Shown here piece by piece: positions 28,480-38,476 of a stretch of 64,000 bases of DNA. The first letter of the stretch is position 1, and each line of letters opens with the position of its first letter. The notes beneath the pieces are model-generated. The model was not told the DNA's origin, made no database searches, and saw nothing but the letters and a program-made list of their open reading frames with translations. Made by a program: the position numbers and the translations under genes. The stretch comes from Bacteroidales bacterium (lineage in GTDB: Bacteria > Bacteroidota > Bacteroidia > Bacteroidales > Prolixibacteraceae), in the NCBI GenBank assembly GCA_038329265.1, contig JBBQMW010000002.1, positions 1,148 to 65,147 on the forward strand, written 5' to 3'.

Positions 28480-30876
28480 TTAAAAATGATATCTTTTTGC
28501 TGCTAAATTTACTGAAAAACTGGCAAACACAACCACTGAAACTGAACTTATTGGCATTAATATCGCAGCCACAATTGGTGTTAGGTTTCCTTGTACCGCA
28601 AACGATAATCCAACCAGATTATAAAGGAATGAAATCAGGAAACCTGCCTTTACAATATTCATGCTCTGATGGGTAAATTCGATGAACTGATTCAATTTGG
28701 CAAACTGTTTCGATTGCAAAATGGCATCGCAGGCCGGAGAAAAGTTGAACACATTGTCGGCAATCACAATACCTACGTTACTTTCGTTGAGTGCTCCGGC
28801 ATCGTTTAACCCGTCTCCAATCATCAAAACCTTTCGTCCTTCCTTCTGCAATTTTCGGATATAGTCCAACTTGTCAGTCGGTGTTTGGTTGAAATGTAAA
28901 TTCTTTTCATCATCAAAAATCGCAGTTAACCTTGCTTTTTCAGCATCATTATCGCCGGTTAATAAATGAAGTTCATGTGTTTTTTTTAATTTTCGGATCA
29001 GCTCATGCAACCCGGGGCGGTATTCGTTTTCAAGCTGAAAATGACCGGCAACTGAGTCTTTCAGATAGATCCAAACTTCGGTTTTCAGGTTCTCATCCTC
29101 TTTCTTCTCTCCGGAAACGAAATACTTTGAACCCATGTTGATTCGGATTCCATGGATGATTCCACTGATTCCGAGCGATGGTATTTCTTTAAAATCAGAG
29201 ACTTCCAGAAGTTTATCTTCTTTAATTGATTGAAATATGGTTTTGCTTAACGGATGCGATGAATGGAATGCCAGCGATTTGACAATTAAAAGCTCTTCGG
29301 CTGAAAGTCCACGACCAACAAACCGGATGTCTGACGTCTGGGCATTGGTGATGGTTCCGGTTTTATCGAAAACTACCGTATCAACTTTATACAGATGTTC
29401 AATAACGGCGGTATTTTTCAGGTAAAAACCCTTCCGGCCAAACTGCCTCATGGTGCTTCCAAAGGTGAACGGAACAGTGAGTGCCAAAGCGCAGGGGCAG
29501 GCAATAATCAATACTGAAGTAAACGAAAATAATGCGATTTCAGGTTTGTTCAGCAGCCAGAATAATCCGGCACTGATGGCGATAAATACCACAATAACAG
29601 TAAAGTACTGACTTACCCTGTTAACAATCGTATTTAGTTTATTTACAATTGTTAAAGGATTTTCGGTCTGATTCCAGAGTTGGGTCAGGTAGCTTTGCTG
29701 AACTTCTTTTTCGATGGTCAATTCAATGGCGCTTCCAACCTGACGGCCTCCGGCAAATACAAAATCTCCTGCTGATTTAGTCACCGGCATCGATTCGCCG
29801 GTCACAAAACTGTAATCAATATTGGCATTTCCGCTTTTCAGGATTGAGTCGGCTGGTATGATTTCCTGATTTCGGACTAGAATATGATCGCCGGCTTTCA
29901 AATCTTCGAGCGGAATTGTTTCATTTCCGGAGTTGGTAATTTTGGTAACTGCCAGCGGAAAATAGGTTTTGTAATCGCGCTCAAACGAAAGAGCCTGATA
30001 GGTTTTTCCCTGATACCAGCGGCCAATCAGCATGAAAAAGACCAGTCCGGTCAGTGAATCGATGTATCCAATTCCTTTTCCTGAAATGATTTCGACCAGA
30101 CTTTGGGTGAAAAGCGTGATCAATCCCAAAGCAATCGGCAAATCGATGCTGATGATTCCTTTCTTCAGGCTTTTCCAGGCCGTCAGAAAATAGTCGCTGG
30201 CACTGAAGCTTAAAACCGGAATAGCCAGTAATACGCTCAGCCAGCCAAACATTCTCCGGATGTCGTTCTCCAGAAATTCATGTCCGGGTAAATATTGCGG
30301 GAAATGATAAATCATCGTATTCATAAAGCTGAACGCGGCCACGCCGATTTTAATGAACAGCTTTTTATCCAGATGATCGGTCTGTGGTTTTTCAATGCTG
30401 TGTTGATTGATCTCAGGAATATAATGAATACTCACAAGCAGTTCCACCAGTTCACGAAGTGAAACTTCATTTTCCTTGAAGGTGATGTTAATCTCCTTCT
30501 TTGGAAAATTAACGAACGACTGAATAACTCCGGGATTCAGGCTGTGCAGGTTTTCGAGCAGCCAAATGCACGATGCACAATGTATTTCAGGAATGAAAAA
30601 GCTGACTTTGGAGATGCCGCCTTCCGAAAAAGTAATAATTTTCGATTTGAATTTTTCCAGATCAAGAAACGCGTAAGTTTCGTTTGCCGGAAGATTCTCG
30701 TTTTCAATCCGGATGCCTGGCATTTGCGCAATCTGATAGTATTGTTTGAGCTCGCTGGTGTGAAGAATCTGGTACACTGTTGAACAGCCTGAGCAACAGA
30801 AAGGATTCCCTTCAAAGATAACCGGGGACTTTCCGCACGAATTTCCGCAATGAATACATTTCAAGTCTTCACTCAT
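28480..30876 (-). CDS. ccoI: heavy-metal P1B ATPase CcoI/FixI
   Basis: CIHC..CCSGC, HCASC, TGES, IACPCAL, DKTGT, GDGLND; start MSEDL 30876. Confidence 0.93.
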   Translation of the reverse strand: MSEDLKCIHCGNSCGKSPVIFEGNPFCCSGCSTVYQILHTSELKQYYQIAQMPGIRIENENLPANETYAFLDLEKFKSKIITFSEGGISKVSFFIPEIHCASCIWLLENLHSLNPGVIQSFVNFPKKEINITFKENEVSLRELVELLVSIHYIPEINQHSIEKPQTDHLDKKLFIKIGVAAFSFMNTMIYHFPQYLPGHEFLENDIRRMFGWLSVLLAIPVLSFSASDYFLTAWKSLKKGIISIDLPIALGLITLFTQSLVEIISGKGIGYIDSLTGLVFFMLIGRWYQGKTYQALSFERDYKTYFPLAVTKITNSGNETIPLEDLKAGDHILVRNQEIIPADSILKSGNANIDYSFVTGESMPVTKSAGDFVFAGGRQVGSAIELTIEKEVQQSYLTQLWNQTENPLTIVNKLNTIVNRVSQYFTVIVVFIAISAGLFWLLNKPEIALFSFTSVLIIACPCALALTVPFTFGSTMRQFGRKGFYLKNTAVIEHLYKVDTVVFDKTGTITNAQTSDIRFVGRGLSAEELLIVKSLAFHSSHPLSKTIFQSIKEDKLLEVSDFKEIPSLGISGIIHGIRINMGSKYFVSGEKKEDENLKTEVWIYLKDSVAGHFQLENEYRPGLHELIRKLKKTHELHLLTGDNDAEKARLTAIFDDEKNLHFNQTPTDKLDYIRKLQKEGRKVLMIGDGLNDAGALNESNVGIVIADNVFNFSPACDAILQSKQFAKLNQFIEFTHQSMNIVKAGFLISFLYNLVGLSFAVQGNLTPIVAAILMPISSVSVVVFASFSVNLAAKRYHF

Positions 30877-30978
30877 TAGCTCAGGGTTGGTAGTTGAATT
30901 ACCGCTAAATAAGGTTTTAAAAGGGATTTTGTTCAAGCCTTGGGCAAAAAATAACAAAGAATATTCGCAGTTAAAGTT

Positions 30979-31008
30979 TCTGATTTTTACAATTAGGTAA
31001 AAATCAGA
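30979..31008. promoter_or_regulatory. perfect 12-bp inverted repeat in divergent cco/cyd promoter region
   Basis: TCTGATTTTTAC-AATTAG-GTAAAAATCAGA; extra half site TCTGATTTT at 31047-31055. Confidence 0.5.
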
Positions 31009-31132
31009 CATCTTCGGCATAATCTATGTGCAATCAAAATTATCTATCTGATTTTCCTTCCGAAAAGTTCAAAAATCTTGAATTTCGATTTACCTTTAGA
31101 AGTCAACTGTTTAACCAGAAATCTCTACAATT

Positions 31133-31351
31133 ATGAATATTTTTAAACGGATCTTCCGGTTTTACTACGATGGGTTTTCAAACCTTCCCCGCTGGGGGAA
31201 ACAGGTTTGGCTGGTCGTATTGATCAAGCTTTTTATCATGTTTGTGGTACTGAAAATATTTTTCTTCCCTAATTTTCTTAAAACAAATTTTAAAAACGAC
31301 ACTGATCGTAGTGATCATGTGCTCGAGAATTTAACCAATATCAACCAATAA
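31133..31351 (+). CDS. DUF4492-like small membrane protein preceding cydA
   Basis: IFRFYYDGF..GKQVWLVVLIKLFIMFVVLKIFFFPNFL. Confidence 0.85.
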   Translation: MNIFKRIFRFYYDGFSNLPRWGKQVWLVVLIKLFIMFVVLKIFFFPNFLKTNFKNDTDRSDHVLENLTNINQ

Positions 31352-31361
31352 AACAAAATCT

Positions 31362-32933
31362 ATGCTAGAAGGAGTCGATGTTTCGTTAGTCGATTGGTCG
31401 AGGGCTCAGTTTGCCTTAACGGCTATGTATCACTGGATTTTTGTGCCATTGACACTGGGATTAGGAATCCTGGTTGCCATCATGGAAACGCTGTATGTGA
31501 AAACCGGAAATCCCGAGTGGAAACGTATTACTAAATTCTGGATGACCCTGTTTGGGATTAATTTTGCCATTGGGGTGGCAACCGGAATTATCCTCGAATT
31601 TGAGTTTGGTACCAACTGGTCGAACTATTCGTGGTTTGTGGGTGATATTTTTGGCGCACCGCTGGCCATTGAAGGCATTTTAGCCTTTTTTCTGGAATCT
31701 ACTTTTATAGCCATCATGTTTTTCGGATGGAATAAAGTGAGTAAAGGATTCCATCTCACAGCGACATGGCTGACTGCAATTGGAGCCAATTTGTCGGCTT
31801 TGTGGATTTTGGTCGCTAATGGGTGGATGCAAAAACCCGTCGGAATGGTGTTTAATCCTGAAACTGTCCGCATGGAAATGACCAGTTTTTGGGAAGTACT
31901 TTTTTCGCCCATGGCCGTTCATAAATTTTTGCACACCACATCATCGTCATTTGTTTTGGCAGCCATTTTTGTAATTGGCGTTTCGGCCTGGTATATCCTG
32001 AAAGGCCGTGATATTGTTTTTGCACGAAAGAGTATTGTTATTAGTTCGATTTTCGGATTTCTGTCGATTATCTATACCATTTTTACCGGCGACAGCTCAG
32101 CACGCGATATTGCGCATTTTCAACCCATGAAGTTTGCAGCTTTCGAAGGTTTGTACAATGGCAGCGAAGGTGCAGGATTGGTTGCATTGGGCTTATTTTC
32201 GCAGAACTCTACCGACCCCGGCAACGAGAACCTAAAGGATTTTGCAGTGAAGATTGAGATTCCAAACATTCTGTCGTACATGGCGTTTTTGAACTGGAAC
32301 GCTTTTGTTCCGGGAATTAACGATTTGATTAACGGAAACGAAAAGTATGGAGTGCTTTCAGCTGCTGATAAAATTAGCAGAGGCAAGCTGGCCATCGAAA
32401 AGCTCAAAGCATTTAAAGAAGCCAAAAAATCGGGTCAGATGGCTCAAGCCGATTCGTTAAAAACCGAAATCATGAGCCCTGATTTTCAGAAAAACTATTT
32501 CAGTTATTTCGGATACGGCTACATTTCCGACACCGATACTCTTGTTCCAAGTGTGGCTATCTCATTTTATAGTTTTCACATTATGGTTGTCCTTGGTTTG
32601 TATTTTGTTTTCTTTTTTCTGTTTGCACTTTATTACACTCTTAAAGGGAAAATTCATAAAATGCGTAAATTCCTGATGGCTTCCATCTGGACAGTCCCAT
32701 TGGCTTATCTGGCAAGCCAGGCAGGCTGGGTTCTTGCAGAAGTCGGCCGTCAGCCATGGGTAATTCAGGATTTAATGCCAACAATGGCCGCTGTTACCAA
32801 AATCAGTGTTGGAGCTGTTCAGGTTACATTTTGGCTTTTTGCCATTATTTTCACAACCCTGCTAATTGCCGAAATCAAAATTTTATCACGTCAGATTAAA
32901 ATTGGACCTAAATCAGAAGGAGGAACCAACTAA
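31362..32933 (+). CDS. cydA: cytochrome bd ubiquinol oxidase subunit I
   Basis: RAQFALTAMYHWIFVPLTLG, EFEFGTNW, QPMKFAAFEG, EVGRQPW. Confidence 0.97.
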   Translation: MLEGVDVSLVDWSRAQFALTAMYHWIFVPLTLGLGILVAIMETLYVKTGNPEWKRITKFWMTLFGINFAIGVATGIILEFEFGTNWSNYSWFVGDIFGAPLAIEGILAFFLESTFIAIMFFGWNKVSKGFHLTATWLTAIGANLSALWILVANGWMQKPVGMVFNPETVRMEMTSFWEVLFSPMAVHKFLHTTSSSFVLAAIFVIGVSAWYILKGRDIVFARKSIVISSIFGFLSIIYTIFTGDSSARDIAHFQPMKFAAFEGLYNGSEGAGLVALGLFSQNSTDPGNENLKDFAVKIEIPNILSYMAFLNWNAFVPGINDLINGNEKYGVLSAADKISRGKLAIEKLKAFKEAKKSGQMAQADSLKTEIMSPDFQKNYFSYFGYGYISDTDTLVPSVAISFYSFHIMVVLGLYFVFFFLFALYYTLKGKIHKMRKFLMASIWTVPLAYLASQAGWVLAEVGRQPWVIQDLMPTMAAVTKISVGAVQVTFWLFAIIFTTLLIAEIKILSRQIKIGPKSEGGTN

Positions 32934-34063
32934 TGTTCGAAACACTATCATTGATCACTTTACAGCAATACTGGTGGCTGATTGTCTCGCTGCTTGGTGC
33001 TTTATTCGTTTTTCTAATGTTTGTTCAGGGTGGCGAAACCTTGATTTTCACCATTGCCAAAAACGAAACGGAGAAATCGCTCCTGATCAATTCTCTGGGT
33101 AGAAAATGGGAATTTACATTCACCACGCTGGTTACCTTTGGAGGAGCATTTTTTGCCTCATTTCCGTTGTTTTATGCTACTTCATTCGGTGGCGCCTACT
33201 GGGTTTGGTTTGCCATCCTGATCTCGTTTGTAATTCAGGCAGTCTCTTTTGAATTCAGGAAAAAGCCAAATAACTTTTTAGGCGCAAAAACCTTCGAAAT
33301 ATTCCTGTTTATTAATGGATTACTCGGGCCTGTTTTGGTGGGAACAGCTGTCGGTACATTCTTTAACGGAGCTATGTTTTCGCTCGACGATATGAAACAT
33401 GTTACTTGGGGAAGTCCTTTTCGCGGACTGGAAGCAGTATTGAATTTTCACAATGTAGCCCTTGGTTTGGCTGTACTTTTCCTGTCGCGGATTTTGGGAC
33501 TGCTGTACTTTATGAATTCGATTGAAAGTAAACCAATTTATGATCGGTCGAAAACGCATCTTTTATACAACACTGTTCCATTTTTAGTTTTCTTCCTGTA
33601 TTTTGTGATTGCTTTACTTTTCAAGGATGGATTTTCCTATGAACCGGTTACAGGTGTAATTGCTGTGGAATCCTATAAATATCTGCACAATCTGCTGGCC
33701 ATGCCAATCAATACCATCATGCTTTTAGTAGGAGTGGTTGGTGTATTATGGGGCATCATCTCAACCCTGCTGAAAGGCGGAACCAAAGGAATCTGGTTTG
33801 CCGGTGGCGGAACTGTTCTGACCGTTTGGGCATTATTGATTTTTGCAGCATTTAATCATACCAGTTTTTATCCATCAATCTTCGATCTTCAATCGTCATT
33901 GACCATCGAAAATGCTTCTTCGAGCCGATTTACGCTGGTTACCATGAGCTACGTTTCCTTGTTTGTTCCGTTCGTTCTGGGTTACATCTGGTATGCCTGG
34001 AGAGCCATGAACAACAAGAAAATAAGCACCGAAGAACTGGAACACGAACATCATGTTTATTAA
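32933..34063 (+). CDS. cydB: cytochrome bd ubiquinol oxidase subunit II
   Basis: GRKWEFTFTTLVTFGGAFFASFPLFY, SLTIENASSS; 1-nt overlap with cydA. Confidence 0.95.
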   Translation: MFETLSLITLQQYWWLIVSLLGALFVFLMFVQGGETLIFTIAKNETEKSLLINSLGRKWEFTFTTLVTFGGAFFASFPLFYATSFGGAYWVWFAILISFVIQAVSFEFRKKPNNFLGAKTFEIFLFINGLLGPVLVGTAVGTFFNGAMFSLDDMKHVTWGSPFRGLEAVLNFHNVALGLAVLFLSRILGLLYFMNSIESKPIYDRSKTHLLYNTVPFLVFFLYFVIALLFKDGFSYEPVTGVIAVESYKYLHNLLAMPINTIMLLVGVVGVLWGIISTLLKGGTKGIWFAGGGTVLTVWALLIFAAFNHTSFYPSIFDLQSSLTIENASSSRFTLVTMSYVSLFVPFVLGYIWYAWRAMNNKKISTEELEHEHHVY

Positions 34064-34105
34064 AAAAGGAAAGAGGAATTCGTAAATCTTTTAAACGATA
34101 TTGTT

Positions 34106-34243
34106 ATGTATTGGAATTCAATTTTATGGTTTTTAAGCTGGCCGGCATTGGTCATCATCAGTTATCAACTGATTAAATATACTGTCCTGAAATATGAGGC
34201 AATTCTGGAAAAACCTGTCAAAAAGGCGAATCCTGAAAAATAA
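34106..34243 (+). CDS. 45-aa single-TM protein after cydB (candidate bd oxidase small subunit)
   Basis: Manual translation MYWNSILWFLSWPALVIISYQLIKYTVLKYEAILEKPVKKANPEK; below ORF-track length cutoff. Confidence 0.65.
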   Translation: MYWNSILWFLSWPALVIISYQLIKYTVLKYEAILEKPVKKANPEK

Positions 34244-34293
34244 AAATATTTGAGTTTTAATTAGCTAAAATTTCATCACAGTGAATATTCGCT

Positions 34294-35532
34294 TTACCTC
34301 TGATTAGAACCACCCCGGTTCGATTTTCCTCCTGAAGAATAATTCCGTTTACCTGCCGGGCGACCGCCTTTGCGTTGCGGACGAACTTTATAAACTGGTC
34401 CGTCGCCCAATTCAGGAGGAACTGGTATTTTCAAGACCTCCATTTCGATGAGCTTCTCAATCCGGTCAAATTTTTCCATATCCATCTCGTTGATAAAGCT
34501 AATGGCAATACCGGTTTTATCAGCACGGGCAGTTCTTCCAACGCGGTGTACATAATCTTCGGCTGATCCCGGCACATCGAAATTGATGATCAGGTTGATG
34601 TCTTTTATGTCGATACCACGGCTCAAAACATCGGTAGCCACTAAAACGCGGGTACGTTTGGAGCGAAATCGCATCAGCACATCTTCGCGTTCTTTCTGTT
34701 CCAGATCCGACGAAATTCCTTCAACCGAATTTCCGGCCCTTTTCAGGCTTTTTACAATATCGGTCACTTTCCTTTTGGTCGAACTAAACACCAGTATGCT
34801 GTCTAATTCGGGCTTGTTGGAGATTAAACTGTTGATTACCGGTATCTTTTGGTTTTCGTGAACCACATACGCAGCCTGCAAAACACCTTCAGCCGGTTTC
34901 GAAATGGCGGTGCTAAATTCTACGGGTTCCTTTAATATTTTGGAAGCAAGTTCCCTGATCTTTTGCGGCATGGTAGCCGAAAACATTAAGGTTTGCCTGT
35001 CATCGGGAACATAGCTTAATATGCGCATCAGATCGTCAAAAAATCCGATATCCAGCATACGGTCGGCTTCGTCCAAGACCAGATGCTTTATTTTATCAAA
35101 CTGAACATATCCCAAATTCAGATGCGAAATCAATTTTCCGGGAGTGGCCACAATAATATTCGTCCCTTTGGTCAGCGCTTTGCTTTCGGCATCCCAGTCA
35201 GAACCATCGCGTCCACCATAAACAGTCACCGAATTGATATTCAGGAAATAGGCAAAGCCTTGTATTTGCTGGTTAATTTGAATAGCCAATTCCCGCGTCG
35301 GGACAATGACCAACGTACTTAAATCATGATTGTCCTGAGCGGCCAGATGATCTAAAATTGGCAACATAAAAGCTGCGGTTTTTCCGGTACCAGTTTGTGC
35401 GCAGGCCAAAATATCGTGGCCATCTAATATCGCCGGAATGGTAAGTTCTTGTATTTCAGAAGCTTTTTCGTAACCCATATACGAAATCGCTTCGATTATT
35501 TTATCGTCTAACCCAAATTCATCAAATCTCAT
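34294..35532 (-). CDS. DEAD-box RNA helicase
   Basis: AQTGTGKT, PTRELA, LDEADRMLD, SAT, YVHRVGRTAR, Gly/Arg tail. Confidence 0.95.
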   Translation of the reverse strand: MRFDEFGLDDKIIEAISYMGYEKASEIQELTIPAILDGHDILACAQTGTGKTAAFMLPILDHLAAQDNHDLSTLVIVPTRELAIQINQQIQGFAYFLNINSVTVYGGRDGSDWDAESKALTKGTNIIVATPGKLISHLNLGYVQFDKIKHLVLDEADRMLDIGFFDDLMRILSYVPDDRQTLMFSATMPQKIRELASKILKEPVEFSTAISKPAEGVLQAAYVVHENQKIPVINSLISNKPELDSILVFSSTKRKVTDIVKSLKRAGNSVEGISSDLEQKEREDVLMRFRSKRTRVLVATDVLSRGIDIKDINLIINFDVPGSAEDYVHRVGRTARADKTGIAISFINEMDMEKFDRIEKLIEMEVLKIPVPPELGDGPVYKVRPQRKGGRPAGKRNYSSGGKSNRGGSNQR

Positions 35533-35556
35533 AGTTTCTTTTTATACCAAGTTTGG

Positions 35557-35564
35557 CAAAAGTA
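35557..35564 (-). promoter_or_regulatory. -7 element TACTTTTG for DEAD-box helicase
   Basis: TAnnTTTG match 24 nt upstream of ATG. Confidence 0.55.
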
Positions 35565-35699
35565 CGAAAACTTTGTCAACAATAACTTTTGAAAGACTGC
35601 TAATGACCGGATTATCTGATTATTCTTCAACAATAAAATGGATATCAGTTGTGTCGAATTTATTTCTGCTTTTCATTCGGGAAAAAGCAATGCAATTTG

Positions 35700-35707
35700 T
35701 ATTTTTG
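35700..35707 (+). promoter_or_regulatory. -7 element TATTTTTG for yebC paralogue
   Basis: TAnnTTTG match 43 nt upstream of ATG. Confidence 0.5.
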
Positions 35708-35750
35708 TGCCGTCAAAAAAAAAGTGCATTAACTTAAAAAAACGATTCCT

Positions 35751-36461
35751 ATGGGAAGAGCATACGAATACAGAAAAGCATCGAAAGAAAAACGTTGGGA
35801 TAAAATGTCGCGTACATTTCCAAAATTAGGCAAAGCTATAACTCTTGCCGCACGTGAAGGAGTTCCGGATCCTGACATGAATTCCAAACTTCGTACTGCG
35901 ATCCAAAATGCCAAGGCACAAAATATGCCGAAAGACAATATTGAAGCTGCGATTAAAAGGGCATCAGGAAAAGATGCTGAGAATTTTGTAGAAATTAACT
36001 ATGAAGGCAAAGGTCCTCATGGAGTTTTAATTTTTACTGAATGTGCTACCGATAATCCTACCCGAACAGTCGCCAATGTTAAAATGCATTTCAATAAAGC
36101 TGGTGGAATTATTGTGCCTACCGGTTCACTCGAATTTATGTTCTCGCGCAAAGCCGTTTTCGAATTTCTTAAGAAAGACGGGATGAATATTGAAGATTTG
36201 GAATTGGAATTGATTGATGCAGGATTGGAAGAAATTGAAGAGAATGAGGGAGTCATTTATTGCTATGCCGATTATACCAATTTCGGATCGATGTCGAATG
36301 CACTTGATAATCTGAAAATTGAAGTAGCTAAAGCTGATTTGCAACGTATTCCGAATTCTCCGGTTGAATTTACTGAGGAACAACTTGTTGATATCGAAAA
36401 GCTGATTGACAGACTGGAAGACGACGACGATATACAGTCGGTTTTCCATAACATTGCCTGA
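35751..36461 (+). CDS. yebC: YebC/PmpR family protein (MGRAYEY type)
   Basis: [51 protein letters not shown]. Confidence 0.93.
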   Translation: MGRAYEYRKASKEKRWDKMSRTFPKLGKAITLAAREGVPDPDMNSKLRTAIQNAKAQNMPKDNIEAAIKRASGKDAENFVEINYEGKGPHGVLIFTECATDNPTRTVANVKMHFNKAGGIIVPTGSLEFMFSRKAVFEFLKKDGMNIEDLELELIDAGLEEIEENEGVIYCYADYTNFGSMSNALDNLKIEVAKADLQRIPNSPVEFTEEQLVDIEKLIDRLEDDDDIQSVFHNIA

Positions 36462-36479
36462 TTCTTTTTAGACTAACCC

Positions 36480-36995
36480 ATGAGCAAACGCGAACTTCGT
36501 AAATATCTGAAAGATTTAACCAAAGAGCAATTGGAGGAGCAAATTGCGGATATTTACGATCGGTTTAAAGATGTAAAGGAATATTATGATTTCGCGTTTA
36601 ATCCGAAGGAAAACCAGTTAATGGAACAATGCCGTTTCCAAATTAGCAAGGAATACTATCCGGTGAGCAGTCGCAAGGCAAAATTGAGACGATCGGTTGC
36701 CCAAAAGTGGATTAAAAAACTCATTTTGCTTGATGCGGATGCATCACTTCTTGCCGATGTCATGTTTTTCAATATCGAAATTGCCCAATCATTCTCCGGA
36801 GAACATATCATTCGACAGGACTCGTTCTACACCAGCCTGTTTAAATCTTTCGATGAAGCTTTACGGTATGTTTCGGAGAAAGGTATTCTGAATGAATTCA
36901 GAGGTAGAATAGAGAAAATATCCGGTGATGCCTGCGATCAGCAATGGCCTAACCGAAATGCGTTTGAAGATCTTTCAGATATGTATCTTATGTAG
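36480..36995 (+). CDS. conserved hypothetical protein (DUF6155-like)
   Basis: MSKRELRKYLKDLTKEQLEEQI..VKEYYDF pattern recalled from Bacteroidota proteins. Confidence 0.65.
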   Translation: MSKRELRKYLKDLTKEQLEEQIADIYDRFKDVKEYYDFAFNPKENQLMEQCRFQISKEYYPVSSRKAKLRRSVAQKWIKKLILLDADASLLADVMFFNIEIAQSFSGEHIIRQDSFYTSLFKSFDEALRYVSEKGILNEFRGRIEKISGDACDQQWPNRNAFEDLSDMYLM

Positions 36996-37025
36996 AAGCG
37001 ATTCATCGCGTCTCTACGCGTCTAC
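36992..37025. repeat. GTAG-type REP-like palindrome
   Basis: gtagaagcgattcatcgcgtctctac, same family as 22791-22907. Confidence 0.75.
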
Positions 37026-37037
37026 ATGATGAAATAC

Positions 37038-38411
37038 CTATATCGGCAAATTCCAGACGACAATTCCAAGCAATACCGCTGCTACACCGCAACCGATGAT
37101 CAAGCCTGCATTGATTTTACTTACTACTATTGGAAACATCTGTTCACGTTCGGTATACACCTCGCGGATCACGAAAAAATAATAATAAACTCCGATTACA
37201 GCCATTAGAATGGCAAAAATAGAGATTCCCAAATATCCCTGACCGATTGATAATACAAAAACCTGGTATTTTGCCATAAATCCTGAAGTTGGCGGAATAC
37301 CTGCCATCGACATTAAAAGGATGGTCATGAAAACTGCGATCCAAGGTTTTTGCTTGAAAAGCCCTCTGAAAATGGAGAGTTCTTCCGAACCGTCGGATGC
37401 TCGTTTCATCAGGATAAAAATGATGAAGATTGGAACTGTGGCTATTGAATAAACAAAAGTATAGAACAATATTACTGAAGCTGATGCATTGTGTTGCGAA
37501 AGCATTGCCAGCATTATAAAACCACTGTGGGCAATTGAGGAGTATGCCAGCAATCGTTTAAAGTTGGTCTGTTTTAAAGCTGCAAGGTTGCCAATTAGCA
37601 AAGTTAGGCCAGTCATTACCCAGAGTGCTTTTTCCAAGGACTCCGGAAGCGGCAGTAAACCCATATCGAGCAAACGGTAAAATGCTGCAAAACCTGCTGT
37701 TTTAACTACTGTCGACATAAAAACTGTGACTAGTGTTGGTGCACCTTCGTACACATCCGGACTCCAAAAATGAAACGGCGCAACTGCAACTTTAAAAGCT
37801 ACTCCAATCAGGATAAACAGCAAACCTACCAGCATCATCGGTGGTAAATGTCCGTTGAATTGTGAAATGTAAGTTTTGATTTCAGGAAGGTAAAAGGTGG
37901 CTGAAGCACCATAAACCAAAGCAATTCCAAATAAAAAAATGGCTGTGGCAAACGAGCCCAGCATAAAATATTTAAACGATGCTTCGTTAGACCGGTACGA
38001 GTATTTTTTACCTCCGGCGAGAATATAGAGTGGAATGGATAAAATTTCGATACCCAGAAAAAGCATGATGAGGTTTGAGAAAGAAGTCATCAGGAAGGCA
38101 CCGGCAAGGGCGAAAATCATCAGCGAATAATGTTCGGCAACATGAAATTCCATAGTCTCATAATAATCGATTCCGAACAGGAAAATTAGAATGGTGACAA
38201 TGACCATGGAGATATTAAATGCGATCGAAAAATTATCGAATACGATCATGTCATTGAAGTAGCTCGATCCGAGCCCCCAGTCTTTATACAGAAGGACTAA
38301 AGCGATCACAAGCGTCGTGATAGCTACCGGCGCCAGAATGACTTTGTGTTTTGAAAAACCCAGATACAGAAGGATTATCCCAAGAACTATAGTTAAAATT
38401 AATGCACTCAT
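37038..38411 (-). CDS. nuoN: NADH-quinone oxidoreductase subunit N
   Basis: EASFKYF, FKVAVAPFHFWSPDVYEGAP, KRLLAYSSIAH. Confidence 0.95.
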   Translation of the reverse strand: MSALILTIVLGIILLYLGFSKHKVILAPVAITTLVIALVLLYKDWGLGSSYFNDMIVFDNFSIAFNISMVIVTILIFLFGIDYYETMEFHVAEHYSLMIFALAGAFLMTSFSNLIMLFLGIEILSIPLYILAGGKKYSYRSNEASFKYFMLGSFATAIFLFGIALVYGASATFYLPEIKTYISQFNGHLPPMMLVGLLFILIGVAFKVAVAPFHFWSPDVYEGAPTLVTVFMSTVVKTAGFAAFYRLLDMGLLPLPESLEKALWVMTGLTLLIGNLAALKQTNFKRLLAYSSIAHSGFIMLAMLSQHNASASVILFYTFVYSIATVPIFIIFILMKRASDGSEELSIFRGLFKQKPWIAVFMTILLMSMAGIPPTSGFMAKYQVFVLSIGQGYLGISIFAILMAVIGVYYYFFVIREVYTEREQMFPIVVSKINAGLIIGCGVAAVLLGIVVWNLPI

Positions 38412-38420
38412 TAGTATTTA

Positions 38421-38474
38421 TTTACAATTTTACAATTTGCGATTTGCAATTTAAAAAATCAGGTCTGCAAATCG
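38421..38474. repeat. heptamer array TTTRCRA with short inverted arm
   Basis: tttacaat tttacaa tttgcga tttgcaa ... tgcaaatcg in nuoM-nuoN spacer. Confidence 0.55.
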
Positions 38475-38476
38475 GG

